From Candidatus Thorarchaeota archaeon (GTDB lineage Archaea > Asgardarchaeota > Thorarchaeia > Thorarchaeales > Thorarchaeaceae): DNA of 64,000 nt. The notes under the pieces were generated by a model. The model searched no databases. It saw nothing but the letters and a program-made list of their open reading frames with translations, and was not told where the DNA came from. Position 1 is the first letter of the stretch. Each line of letters starts with the position of its first letter. Below are positions 50,104-59,267 of this stretch, piece by piece. The position numbers were made by a program, and so were the translations under genes. Where the stretch lies: positions 64,001 to 128,000 of the forward strand of contig JBHLRP010000003.1 in the NCBI GenBank assembly GCA_048882485.1. The letters are read 5' to 3'.

Positions 50104-50605
50104 AAAATGGTTGATGAAACAACAATGGCGTCTAACTCAAATTAGAGGAATTTGGAGCTTGTTTTATGGGACCTTCATGCTGTCGATTGCGTTCTATGGG
50201 TTTGTCCCTATATTAAGCGAAATGGGTCCAATAGCTCCGTTTATCTTCTCTGCCACTCTCTTTCTAATATTCTTGGTCGGGGGCTATATCTACGACAGAG
50301 TGTTGATTATGTGGGCACCATCTCAAGAGGTGTGGATGGAACGCAACCCTTACCAGTATGTTCCTCAGCCAAGAGACCGCATTTTTTGGTTTCCATTCTA
50401 TTCAATACTACTCGACGTTTCAGAAGAGATGGCAATTAGCTATGGTTTGGACACTTCAGTCATTGATGAGGTTAGAGAATACTATGCAGAACTTGAACAA
50501 TATACTGCAGAACGCAAGGAGGACATAGATGCTGCAAGTAAGCTAAGAGAAAGTTTTCGGGCTAAGCATTCATTCAAGGATATCTTTAACGATGACACAC
50601 CATGA
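50093..50605 (+). CDS. Single-domain paralog of the upstream membrane protein
   Basis: KKWLMKQQWR, GYIYDRVLIMW...MERNPYQYVP. Confidence 0.75.
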   Translation: MGVKKWLMKQQWRLTQIRGIWSLFYGTFMLSIAFYGFVPILSEMGPIAPFIFSATLFLIFLVGGYIYDRVLIMWAPSQEVWMERNPYQYVPQPRDRIFWFPFYSILLDVSEEMAISYGLDTSVIDEVREYYAELEQYTAERKEDIDAASKLRESFRAKHSFKDIFNDDTP

Positions 50606-50658
50606 ACCTAGGTGTCCTTCCACAAAGAAAGCTATGCAAACCAAGGATATTGAGAATA

Positions 50659-51399
50659 ATGGAAGAAGTAGTTATAGTCGCTGGGGGATTGGGAATCCGA
50701 CTTGAGGAAATGCAGAAAGAAATTCCAAAGACATTACTCAGAGTAGGTGGCAAGACAATCTTAGACTGCATCATAGCAACCATTGAAGATGCGACTAAAG
50801 GGAAATATCGACTTTTTATCGCAGCTGGCTATTACTATGATGACCTTAAGAGCTATATTGAGGAAAGAGAATCGAAGTATTCAAGAGTAGATGTAGTGGA
50901 GGCCAGGAATTGGATGGAAGGTAATGCATCTACGCTTCTTGCAGTTGAGGATAGGATAGAAAATGACGACTTCATCCTTCAGATGTCTGACCATCTCTTC
51001 ACACCAGAAACGTACAAAGGATGCATCAAGAATACGTCAATACCTCTTCCTTTTGTTTGTGGGCAACCTCGAACAGATGGGATACCAGACTATCTCGATC
51101 TTGATGATGCAACAAAGGTTTTGTCGGATGATTCTTTCAAGATTATAGAGATAGGAAAAGATATTGAAGAATGGAATATGATTGACATGGGCGTATTTAG
51201 ACTCACTAAAGATGCATTTTCTGTAATTGCATCCCTACCTAACAATCAAAAATCTCTTAGTCAGTATGTCATGAAATGGAGATCAAAGCAAGATTTCTAT
51301 GTAAACCCGCAGCCGCAGGCTATATGGAAGGATATAGACACACCAATGGATCTTCAATGGGCAATAAAGATGGATTTACAAGGCATATGGAAGTCATAA
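50659..51399 (+). CDS. CTP:polyol/choline/inositol-phosphate cytidylyltransferase (IPCT/LicC-like)
   Basis: AGGLGIRL-x6-PKTLL, GNA, MSDH, LDDATKV, IDMGVF, WKDIDT. Confidence 0.8.
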   Translation: MEEVVIVAGGLGIRLEEMQKEIPKTLLRVGGKTILDCIIATIEDATKGKYRLFIAAGYYYDDLKSYIEERESKYSRVDVVEARNWMEGNASTLLAVEDRIENDDFILQMSDHLFTPETYKGCIKNTSIPLPFVCGQPRTDGIPDYLDLDDATKVLSDDSFKIIEIGKDIEEWNMIDMGVFRLTKDAFSVIASLPNNQKSLSQYVMKWRSKQDFYVNPQPQAIWKDIDTPMDLQWAIKMDLQGIWKS

Positions 51400-51519
51400 C
51401 GAGGAACAGAATGATGTTAATTCCTATCAGGCGAGATTATTGCAAGCTTGTAGACTGCCAATATACCATCATTCTCAATAGATGAATATGTTTCGATAAT
51501 TCATTGGGGAACAGCAAAA

Positions 51520-52680
51520 ATGGTATTTAGGACAAACTTGGCAAGATTATTCAAGATTATCACGCAAGGCTTGGACTATATTTGGCCAAAGGATCCCAGA
51601 ATTCTCATCTTTGGTTCAAGCATGGGATTATTTCCAAGTGGTAATGCAAAGGCACTTTTCAATTATATCACCGGAAACCCAGATTCTCCATTTCATTGTC
51701 ACTTTTTCCTTCGCGATTGTGGACCAGATTCTAGATACCGAAGATACACTCCCTTTAATCTAAAAACCTATCTTCTATTTCTAAAGGCAAAAACAGTACT
51801 CATAACGCATGGTCTCTATGACATCGGACGACTAAATGTCTGTTCTAAGAAAAAGAATATCATCAAGTTGTGGCATGGTCGACCGGGCTTGAAAGGCGAT
51901 GGATACTCTAGCAAGAGCTCGACTCGTGAGCAACTTGCAGAGTTAGAAAGAGAAGATAGAAAGACCACTGCATTTCTAGTATGTTCTCGAATGGAATCAT
52001 TCATGCGGGCTTATTCAAACGTATTACATCCCAGACAGATTCTGCCGCTTGGATATCCGAAAAATGATATACTGCTGAAAGATGCCCCGCCCCCGACAAC
52101 ACTACGGGATATATTTCCAACTCTCCCAGACTTTGAACAAGCTCTGCTATATGCTCCGACATGGCGAGATTATGCTCAAACGAAGTTTTTTCCCTTCGAT
52201 GATTTTGATGCTGAAGCTCTTGAGAGCTGGTTAGAGAAGCGAAATGCAATTCTTCTTCTACGAGCTCATATTAGTGATTCGATACCTGTCAGTGAATCCA
52301 AGAGAATAAGATCTCTAAGCTTCGAGGATTGCAACGAAATCACTGATATATTAAAGGAAATAAATGTGATAATAACAGACTATTCATCAATAACAGCTGA
52401 TTTCCTTCTTCTGGATAGACCAATAATCTACATTCCATACGACAGAAACCAATTTGAGTCACGGATTGGGTTCTGCTATGGTAACTTTGATTTCTGGACA
52501 CCCGGTGAGAAGGTATATTCATTTGCAGATTTTATTCAGGCTGTTAATGTAGCATTAGAAGGTGATGATGGCTATTCTGAGCAGAGAAAGCTGGTAAATC
52601 AATTTGTCAATGAGTTTCAATCACATAACTCAACTGAGAGGGTCTATACGTACCTTAAGAGGAAACTTGGATATAGCTAG
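51520..52680 (+). CDS. CDP-glycerol/polyol-phosphate transferase (TagF/TagB family)
   Basis: SGNAKALF, KLWHG, LGYPKND, LYAPTWR, H, ITDYSS-x3-DF-x3-DRPII. Confidence 0.9.
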   Translation: MVFRTNLARLFKIITQGLDYIWPKDPRILIFGSSMGLFPSGNAKALFNYITGNPDSPFHCHFFLRDCGPDSRYRRYTPFNLKTYLLFLKAKTVLITHGLYDIGRLNVCSKKKNIIKLWHGRPGLKGDGYSSKSSTREQLAELEREDRKTTAFLVCSRMESFMRAYSNVLHPRQILPLGYPKNDILLKDAPPPTTLRDIFPTLPDFEQALLYAPTWRDYAQTKFFPFDDFDAEALESWLEKRNAILLLRAHISDSIPVSESKRIRSLSFEDCNEITDILKEINVIITDYSSITADFLLLDRPIIYIPYDRNQFESRIGFCYGNFDFWTPGEKVYSFADFIQAVNVALEGDDGYSEQRKLVNQFVNEFQSHNSTERVYTYLKRKLGYS

Positions 52681-52691
52681 GAGCTGACTTC

Positions 52692-53630
52692 ATGGGTCAT
52701 GATCTAAAGAAATACCCATTCCACCTTTATTGCGAATTCTGCAATAAGGAATGTACCTCTCCTGGTTACTCTGATGCAGAATATGTGCATGTCACAAATG
52801 TTTGGAATTGTCGAGAGAGTATCGAGCATGCATTCAAAAAACTAGCCAAGCAGACAAAGCTTCCAAGAGTATGGCTATGGATTGATGATGGTTCCACTGA
52901 TGGTACTTCTGACGAAATCCTCCGTGTCGCCAAAGAACACCCTCAATTCGAGGTATGGCTTGAAAGAATGCCCCCTAAGATAGAGGGTAACATCAATACC
53001 ATCGGTCGAGCATACACCGAAATAATGCCTAGAGTTATTGATAAATTGGACGCGCTGGATATCAAGTATTTTACAATCCAGGATGTGGACACAGAGCCGT
53101 GTCCGAATTATTTCTCGCGAGTAATATGGCTCATGGATAATGATTCGACTCTTGGGGCATGTTCTGGAACTGCGATCGGTCAGGAAGAGGCTAGAGAATC
53201 AGGCATGCCCATGGGTGGTCTAAAGGTTGTACGTTGGAGCATTATTAGGGAGATAAAGGAATACTGGGATCTTTCACCAGACACATTTCTCAATATTCGC
53301 ACTTTGAAAAAGGGGTACAAACTAAAAATCTGGAGAATTCCTGTTAGAGAAGATAAACCTGCTTTTGGCACGACAGAGAAGGGAATGTTCTATCAAGGGC
53401 AATTGAACTTCTTTATAGGCAGACCATTTCTGGGAGTGCTTATCAGGGCTCTCCGCAGAGTTGTCCTACGTCGATATGGAACTGCTATGTTACGTGGATA
53501 TTTCTTCGAGCGAGCAAGAGGAACTTGGCGATGTGATGACCCCGACGTTACTAGCTTCTTTGGCTATGGAAAACCCTGGCCTTGGGTAATCTTTAACTTG
53601 ATCAAGACAAGAGGCCGATATTCTGACTAA
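52692..53630 (+). CDS. GT2 family glycosyltransferase
   Basis: WLWIDDGSTDGT, QDVD DxD motif. Confidence 0.8.
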   Translation: MGHDLKKYPFHLYCEFCNKECTSPGYSDAEYVHVTNVWNCRESIEHAFKKLAKQTKLPRVWLWIDDGSTDGTSDEILRVAKEHPQFEVWLERMPPKIEGNINTIGRAYTEIMPRVIDKLDALDIKYFTIQDVDTEPCPNYFSRVIWLMDNDSTLGACSGTAIGQEEARESGMPMGGLKVVRWSIIREIKEYWDLSPDTFLNIRTLKKGYKLKIWRIPVREDKPAFGTTEKGMFYQGQLNFFIGRPFLGVLIRALRRVVLRRYGTAMLRGYFFERARGTWRCDDPDVTSFFGYGKPWPWVIFNLIKTRGRYSD

Positions 53631-53791
53631 TTCTAACAACTCCAGCGCTTGCACTCTGTGATTGAATTTCCTTTGATGAAAGGTATCCACTCATCCCACT
53701 CAGTTGCTGCTGTTCCCATATGAAGAGAAAAGACATTGCCTTAGGCATTTCTGGAAAGGTTTCAACTAGAGCAGAGTTCTCTGTCACATTA

Positions 53792-55360
53792 TCAAATGAG
53801 TCCTGCCTTTTGGGCGAACTTCCTGTATCCTTTCATGAGTAGCTTCACGATATTACGTCGTAGGTTGAACCTAATCCATTCCTCATCAGTTGGTTCTTTA
53901 AAGAACCTCCCGAAATTGGCAGCATATTCATCTTCTGATTGGTATGTGATTAGCTGCTCTACTGCACCAGGTGAGAATGATATCTCAACATCAGGATTCT
54001 CTCCTCTTACAGGATATACCTGTATCTCTGAATTCCCAGTGACCTCAACATGAAACCGATTTCCTTCTATCTCGTAGTCAATAACCGCTCCTGCTTTTAA
54101 GCCATCAAAGATCTTTGGATGGTTTGAAAGATAGGACATGAATTGGCTTTTGAGCGGATGGTCTTCCGTAGATAGCAGGCGATCACCTGTTTCAGCATTT
54201 AGCAGAAATGTAGTGAGCTCAAGAATCTGCAGTTTACTGTCAATCGATCTTGCACCATCTCTAAGGCCTCTGAAACAAAAGGGACATGCTGTAATGAGGA
54301 TAACAGAATTGGTGTCCTCGGCCTCTCTTACGCGGTCAGCAGCAATTCTTTCAGCCAACTCTCCATGGGAGCTCTTCACTCCGCCACCCGCCCCGCAGCA
54401 ATGTGCGTATCTTCTGTTCGTGACCATCTCAACAAGCTCTACATTATCGACCGATTCAATGACTCGACGAGGAGCTTCATATACCTCTGAATGCCGACCC
54501 AGATGACAAGGGTCGTGATAGGTCACTCGGAGCTTGTCTGCAAATCCAAAGGATACTTTTCCTTCTCTCACTAGCTGGTCTAGGAATTCTGTGATGTGAA
54601 GTACTTGAAAATCGTAGTCATGACCTCCTTGAGGAATATCAATCTTCCAAGTCCGGAAGCAACCTGCACAAGCAGTTACAACCTCCTTTGCACCAGTGTT
54701 CTTTACGGCTTCTATATTGTGCCTAGTTAGATCTTCAAATGCATCCATTCTCCCCAGTCTCAGAAGGACTGAGCCACAGCAGCGTTCATCTTGAAGTATT
54801 GTATAATCAATGTTCATCTTGTCAAGCAGCTGCACAGTTGATACTGCAATCTCCTTCTCACGTACCGAGCTCGTACAACCTACAAAGAAGACTACCTCTG
54901 CGGTCTCCTGGAACTGGCGCTCTCCAAAAACCAGATGGCGCATTTCATGGTCCTCTTTGTATGGATTGTAATGGCTCATAATCGAGTTTTCAATATCGAT
55001 GTGCTTCTCGAATCCGTACCCTGCTTCAACAAGGTCATTTCGTAATGCTTCACTCATCTCAGGGAGTCTTATCCCGTTTGCAGTCGCTGTGCAGGTTTCC
55101 TGGCAGTTTCTGCAAGTTGTGCACGAGTACGCCCAGCTTACTAAATCCTCATCCACCTCAAGCTTCCCAGCTAAAAGGTCATTCATAATCATAATTCGGC
55201 CTCTTGAGGTGTAGGCTTCAAATCCAAGGACATTCTTTACCGCACAAGGATGAAACACATCTCGACCTGACGCAATGGTCTTGTCAGCAAGAGAACAATC
55301 GCCACATCTTGCACACAAGAATAGGTCCTCTGCGTATTTCTCCAGATTCCTGTACTCCAT
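53792..55360 (-). CDS. HdrD/GlpC-like Fe-S oxidoreductase (two 4Fe-4S motifs, two CCG domains) with a C-terminal SCP2-like extension
   Basis: CARCGDC, CTTCRNCQETC, FVGC, ERCCG, TACAGC, YHDPCHLGR, CCGAGGG, TACPFC; extra about 125-aa tail. Confidence 0.85.
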   Translation of the reverse strand: MEYRNLEKYAEDLFLCARCGDCSLADKTIASGRDVFHPCAVKNVLGFEAYTSRGRIMIMNDLLAGKLEVDEDLVSWAYSCTTCRNCQETCTATANGIRLPEMSEALRNDLVEAGYGFEKHIDIENSIMSHYNPYKEDHEMRHLVFGERQFQETAEVVFFVGCTSSVREKEIAVSTVQLLDKMNIDYTILQDERCCGSVLLRLGRMDAFEDLTRHNIEAVKNTGAKEVVTACAGCFRTWKIDIPQGGHDYDFQVLHITEFLDQLVREGKVSFGFADKLRVTYHDPCHLGRHSEVYEAPRRVIESVDNVELVEMVTNRRYAHCCGAGGGVKSSHGELAERIAADRVREAEDTNSVILITACPFCFRGLRDGARSIDSKLQILELTTFLLNAETGDRLLSTEDHPLKSQFMSYLSNHPKIFDGLKAGAVIDYEIEGNRFHVEVTGNSEIQVYPVRGENPDVEISFSPGAVEQLITYQSEDEYAANFGRFFKEPTDEEWIRFNLRRNIVKLLMKGYRKFAQKAGLI

Positions 55361-56803
55361 CTATTGGTTCCCTCCTGTGAACACAGCGGGAGCCAGGATA
55401 TTTTCTGGGTCTAGGGCCTTCTTTATCTTCCAGTAAGTTTCAAGGAATGTCTTGTCGGTCCTCTTGTGAGCTCTGCTCTCCCATAGAATGCCCTGCCAGT
55501 AAGGGCAGCCTCCGGTTTCAATGATTGTATCAAGCATCTCATTCCATATCTTGGTCGCTAACTCCATCTTTTCCCTATTTGGTGGGAAGAGCGTAATCCA
55601 TCCAGTGGCATATGCTCTATCAGCGCCCAGGCAGCTAGCAATCCATTTGATTCCGTTCTTCAGCATCTCATGTTTGTCAAATATGGCCCAGAGCTTCTTC
55701 ATGAGGTCTGGAATTGTGGTTATCGGCCTTAGATGACAAGTATTCAACCAAAATCCGTTATTGTAGAGCGGTTGAACAAGATTGAATAGCTCAGTCCAGT
55801 GCATTTGTGATGCAAAGTTCCCGAGGTCTTTCCCTCCGTTCTCGAAAGCTATCTCTCTCACAATCTCCATCTTACGCTGAGCTAGCTGTTCGTCTGTCTC
55901 TTGAACTATCGATGCAAACATAGCATGAATCTCGGGGTGACTGTCTAAGAATCCAGGAAAGAACGTGTCAGTAGACTGTCTATCCGCTAGGAGATTGAGT
56001 TCCTCTGTTAAGCCTCGTTTCTGAACTTCTAGGAAGGCGGCTGTCGCCTCTTCGAGCGTCTTGAATCCAAAGTCTCCATATGTAATGTGCTCTGCTTTGG
56101 GGTAAATCTTGAGGGTGACCTTCGTCTTGATTCCGAGGGTGCCATGATCACCAAGGAATATTCCAGTCAAGTCATTGTATGTTGAATACCTTCCGAAGAG
56201 CTCCGCTCCTTCATTCCAGCCCGTTCCGGTCTTGATAACATCACCACTTGCTAGCACGACCTCCAGAGAAACCACTCCTTCAGTTGAAGGGCCATACTTC
56301 GATGCAGCGTAACCAATGCTGTTTATACTCGTAGACCCGCCTACAGTTCCCACATTTCCTCCGTAGGGACCTCGGAATCCAAGTTTGTAACCCTTTTCAT
56401 CAAGACGATGTATCAGTTCTGCCCATCTCTGCCCTGCCTCAACTGTGACCGTCATGACATTTTCGTTAATCTCTACTATCTTGTCCATCTTAACCATATC
56501 AAGCATAACTGCTCCAGGAACCCTCGGAAGGCAAGCACCGCATATCCCGTTCCTCCCGCCTGCAGGTACGAGCGGTGTGTTGGAATCTCTACATAGACTC
56601 ACGATGGCCTGTATTTCTTCAAGGCTCTCAGGCATGACCACAATACCCGGTCTTTCTGCTGTGATATGGCATGCGTCCTGACTATAGGATGAGATGATAA
56701 TCTGATTGTCATTGACTCTGGCTTCACCAACTATGTCCTTGATTTCATTATATAGTGGATGATTACCGGCAGGCTCTATAATTGTCAAAGAAGGTTCCCT
56801 CAA
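55361..56803 (-). CDS. FAD-linked oxidase (GlcD/D-lactate dehydrogenase/ADHAPS family)
   Basis: VVMPES-x-EEI, PAGG, TVEAG, TVGG, SKYG, GTLGI-x-TKVTLK, KKALDPENIL. Confidence 0.88.
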   Translation of the reverse strand: MREPSLTIIEPAGNHPLYNEIKDIVGEARVNDNQIIISSYSQDACHITAERPGIVVMPESLEEIQAIVSLCRDSNTPLVPAGGRNGICGACLPRVPGAVMLDMVKMDKIVEINENVMTVTVEAGQRWAELIHRLDEKGYKLGFRGPYGGNVGTVGGSTSINSIGYAASKYGPSTEGVVSLEVVLASGDVIKTGTGWNEGAELFGRYSTYNDLTGIFLGDHGTLGIKTKVTLKIYPKAEHITYGDFGFKTLEEATAAFLEVQKRGLTEELNLLADRQSTDTFFPGFLDSHPEIHAMFASIVQETDEQLAQRKMEIVREIAFENGGKDLGNFASQMHWTELFNLVQPLYNNGFWLNTCHLRPITTIPDLMKKLWAIFDKHEMLKNGIKWIASCLGADRAYATGWITLFPPNREKMELATKIWNEMLDTIIETGGCPYWQGILWESRAHKRTDKTFLETYWKIKKALDPENILAPAVFTGGNQ

Positions 56804-56914
56804 CGCAATCTGAAAGTAATCCGCTATAAGTAGTCAACGCCAGCATTAGGTTGGTGAGTCATCGAGAACTCTTTATCTAGCAGTGCAAGAAAGGCAGATG
56901 TGTGTGAGATAGTG

Positions 56915-57397
56915 ATGAAGAGATTAGCTGTCGTCTTGGGCCGTGGTGGCCACACAGCACAGACATTCGCCCTCGTGGATCTTCTAGGCACACGATTCAG
57001 CTATATCTACCTGATTGGCATTCTCGATCGTCTAACTCCAAAGAAGATCAGGATTGAAGGGAGGGTTCTACCTGTCTTTGCACCGAGATTGCTTCCTCAG
57101 GATTCTCGGACCATGTCAGTGATACGTACAGCATTTACGTTGCTTTTATCAATCATCTATTTCGTCTTGTATAGGCCTGTGGCCGTAGTGAGTTGTGGAA
57201 CCGGACTCACAGTTCCCATTTTCTATGCTGCCCGCCTTCTAGGTGTCAGGACAGTCTTTATTGAGAGCATGTCTAGAGTGGAGTCGCTTTCCATAACTGG
57301 AAGATTGCTACTAGGAAAAACAGACCTTTTTCTGGTTCAATGGCCTAGCCTTGCTGAAACCGTCCCGAATGCAATTTATGGAGGGCAGCTGCTTTGA
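56915..57397 (+). CDS. alg14: ALG14/PssD/CpsF-like acceptor-binding subunit of a split UDP-GlcNAc transferase
   Basis: LGRGGHT, VSCGTG-x2-VP, FIESMSRV-x2-LSITGR, VQWP. Confidence 0.85.
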   Translation: MKRLAVVLGRGGHTAQTFALVDLLGTRFSYIYLIGILDRLTPKKIRIEGRVLPVFAPRLLPQDSRTMSVIRTAFTLLLSIIYFVLYRPVAVVSCGTGLTVPIFYAARLLGVRTVFIESMSRVESLSITGRLLLGKTDLFLVQWPSLAETVPNAIYGGQLL

Positions 57398-57852
57398 TTT
57401 TCCTGACAGTTGGAACAGCAATGTTTGATCCCCTCGTCAAGGTGATAGATCGACTCGTCGGAGAGGATATCATCAAAGAGCCTGTTGTAGCTCAGATTGG
57501 TCGCGGAGAATATGAGCCAAAGAACATGAGATATTTCCGATTCATCAAATCCCTCAACAAGGCATATGATGCTGCGGACATTATTATTAGCACAGGCGGC
57601 GCAGGAACAACTATTGAATGCGTCAGCAGAGGGAAGAAACTGGTTGTTGTTGAGAATACTACTCTGATGGAGGGCCATCAAGCGCAATTAATTGGAGAGA
57701 TGGCAAAACGAGGACACCTAATCTGGTGTCGCGATCCTGATTCTTTGGAGGATTGCATCGAGCAGGCACGAAATAAAACCTTCACACCATTCATTTCAGA
57801 TGAACCCAGGGCTCATGAATTCATCTTGAAGCTCATTGGCGAATCCAAATGA
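57394..57852 (+). CDS. alg13: ALG13/PssE/CpsG-like catalytic subunit (GT28 C-terminal domain)
   Basis: IFLTVGT-x2-FD-x-L, QIG, IISTGGAGT, VVEN-x2-LMEGHQ. Confidence 0.85.
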   Translation: MIFLTVGTAMFDPLVKVIDRLVGEDIIKEPVVAQIGRGEYEPKNMRYFRFIKSLNKAYDAADIIISTGGAGTTIECVSRGKKLVVVENTTLMEGHQAQLIGEMAKRGHLIWCRDPDSLEDCIEQARNKTFTPFISDEPRAHEFILKLIGESK

Positions 57853-58081
57853 TATCTCGTCGTTTGGCGCCAAATGGACAGCGGCTATTCCAGGCTGATT
57901 GTTGGGAAGAGTCGGATTTCATACCAGGGTTGGTATGGACGTATTGCACCAGCTACATGCTGCTATTGTCTGGATTTGATGTTCTCTTTATATTGAAAAC
58001 CATACCCTTATTTCCATCGGAAACGAAGGTCAGTTGATACTGATTCCTCAGACAACACGAAAAACACCGAGATGAGACATC

Positions 58082-58840
58082 TTGAGCACGACAACAAAGA
58101 AGAAAAAGAAGAAGCCGGAACTACTGAGGCCCATTGGCGTGGGACTCTCAGTGAAGCTCTACAAATATGAAGGGACCAAGAGTAATGCCGCTCAGATCGC
58201 GACCGCGTTGAAGAAGGTCAAGTACGCACCAGAGAGCAAGAGCCATGCCGGAGCAGGATTTGCCAAAGTGAAGGCTACCGGGAAGACCGTTGAGGGCGAG
58301 ATTATTGCGGGCTTCAAGGTGCCTGTTCTGACTTACGGTACGGGCGGCAGATTGGAGCCAGTGCATTACATCAGTGTCAGCAAAGCGCAAGTGCTTGTAA
58401 AGACTGGAAAGGGCACTGTTGAAGTAAGAGGTTCAGCGCGCATCGCAAAGAAGTTCCAAATGCTAATGGAGGAACATACAGGTGCCAAACTCACGCCCCT
58501 GAATCTCACTTCCGAAGCAGTGAAGGAGGTATATGGCGCTGCCACTGATATCGCATCTGTCATGCTATCCGGTGTCGAGAGAGGCAATCTCACACAAGCA
58601 GAGTTCCGCGGAATCTCGATAAAGAATGAAGCTGAGATAGGTCTCTATACGCGCAAATATAGAGGAGAAATCTCCCGCTTCCGCGGCACGTTTCCATATC
58701 CTAGCGGCGCGCAGCATACAACAACCGTCAATGCTGACCTTGGTTCATTGATGATCTATCGTAGCGGCGAAGGCATCGCAGAAAAGGACCTGAACTGGAT
58801 TGTAGGATTGATGGAGGACGCCGCTCTAAACTACGGCTAA
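58082..58840 (+). CDS. Hypothetical basic protein with N-terminal poly-Lys
   Basis: 252-aa ORF, KKKKKK, locally GC-richer coding sequence. Confidence 0.7.
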   Translation: MSTTTKKKKKKPELLRPIGVGLSVKLYKYEGTKSNAAQIATALKKVKYAPESKSHAGAGFAKVKATGKTVEGEIIAGFKVPVLTYGTGGRLEPVHYISVSKAQVLVKTGKGTVEVRGSARIAKKFQMLMEEHTGAKLTPLNLTSEAVKEVYGAATDIASVMLSGVERGNLTQAEFRGISIKNEAEIGLYTRKYRGEISRFRGTFPYPSGAQHTTTVNADLGSLMIYRSGEGIAEKDLNWIVGLMEDAALNYG

Positions 58841-58900
58841 TCCGGTTGGGCTTGCAAGGCCCTCCTAATCGTTACTTTCCCCCTCGGGAGCTAGCTCTAG

Positions 58901-59197
58901 CTACAACCATTCATCTGTATTTCTCTTAGCACCAATGATAGTCCGCGTGTTGTCAAGATAGAATCGTGTCTTGTCTCGGAACTTGGGCCAGAATTCAAAG
59001 AAACGTTCGGGCTTCTCGACTTCTATGAGAAGGAATCCATTCCAATCGCTTCCCCATGCATGTCGATAATCTCCCAAGATTCTGATATCGCTAGGCCAGT
59101 CATCCTTTGAAAAGACCGTCCAGAATTTCTTAGCCTTCTTTGCTTTTTCTTCATCCATGAGTTGGAATCGGTAGAACACAATGAACGCATATGTCAT
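58901..59197 (-). CDS. Small protein of unknown function (paralog of 4923..5285)
   Basis: FIVFYRF...WPSDIRI...HAWGSDWNGF...NTRTIIG. Confidence 0.65.
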   Translation of the reverse strand: MTYAFIVFYRFQLMDEEKAKKAKKFWTVFSKDDWPSDIRILGDYRHAWGSDWNGFLLIEVEKPERFFEFWPKFRDKTRFYLDNTRTIIGAKRNTDEWL

Positions 59198-59267
59198 TTC
59201 AGTCCCCGAAAATCACATGCGTTCGGTGAATTAAAAAGATTGAGCACCGGCAAGAATTCGGTGAGTC

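Larger units (their letters stand above)
32506..53630. other. AT-richer surface glycan biosynthesis/modification island
   Basis: About 22 genes for methyl-, acyl-, glycosyl- and phosphotransfer; visibly lower GC and longer spacers than the flanks (not computed). Confidence 0.75.
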
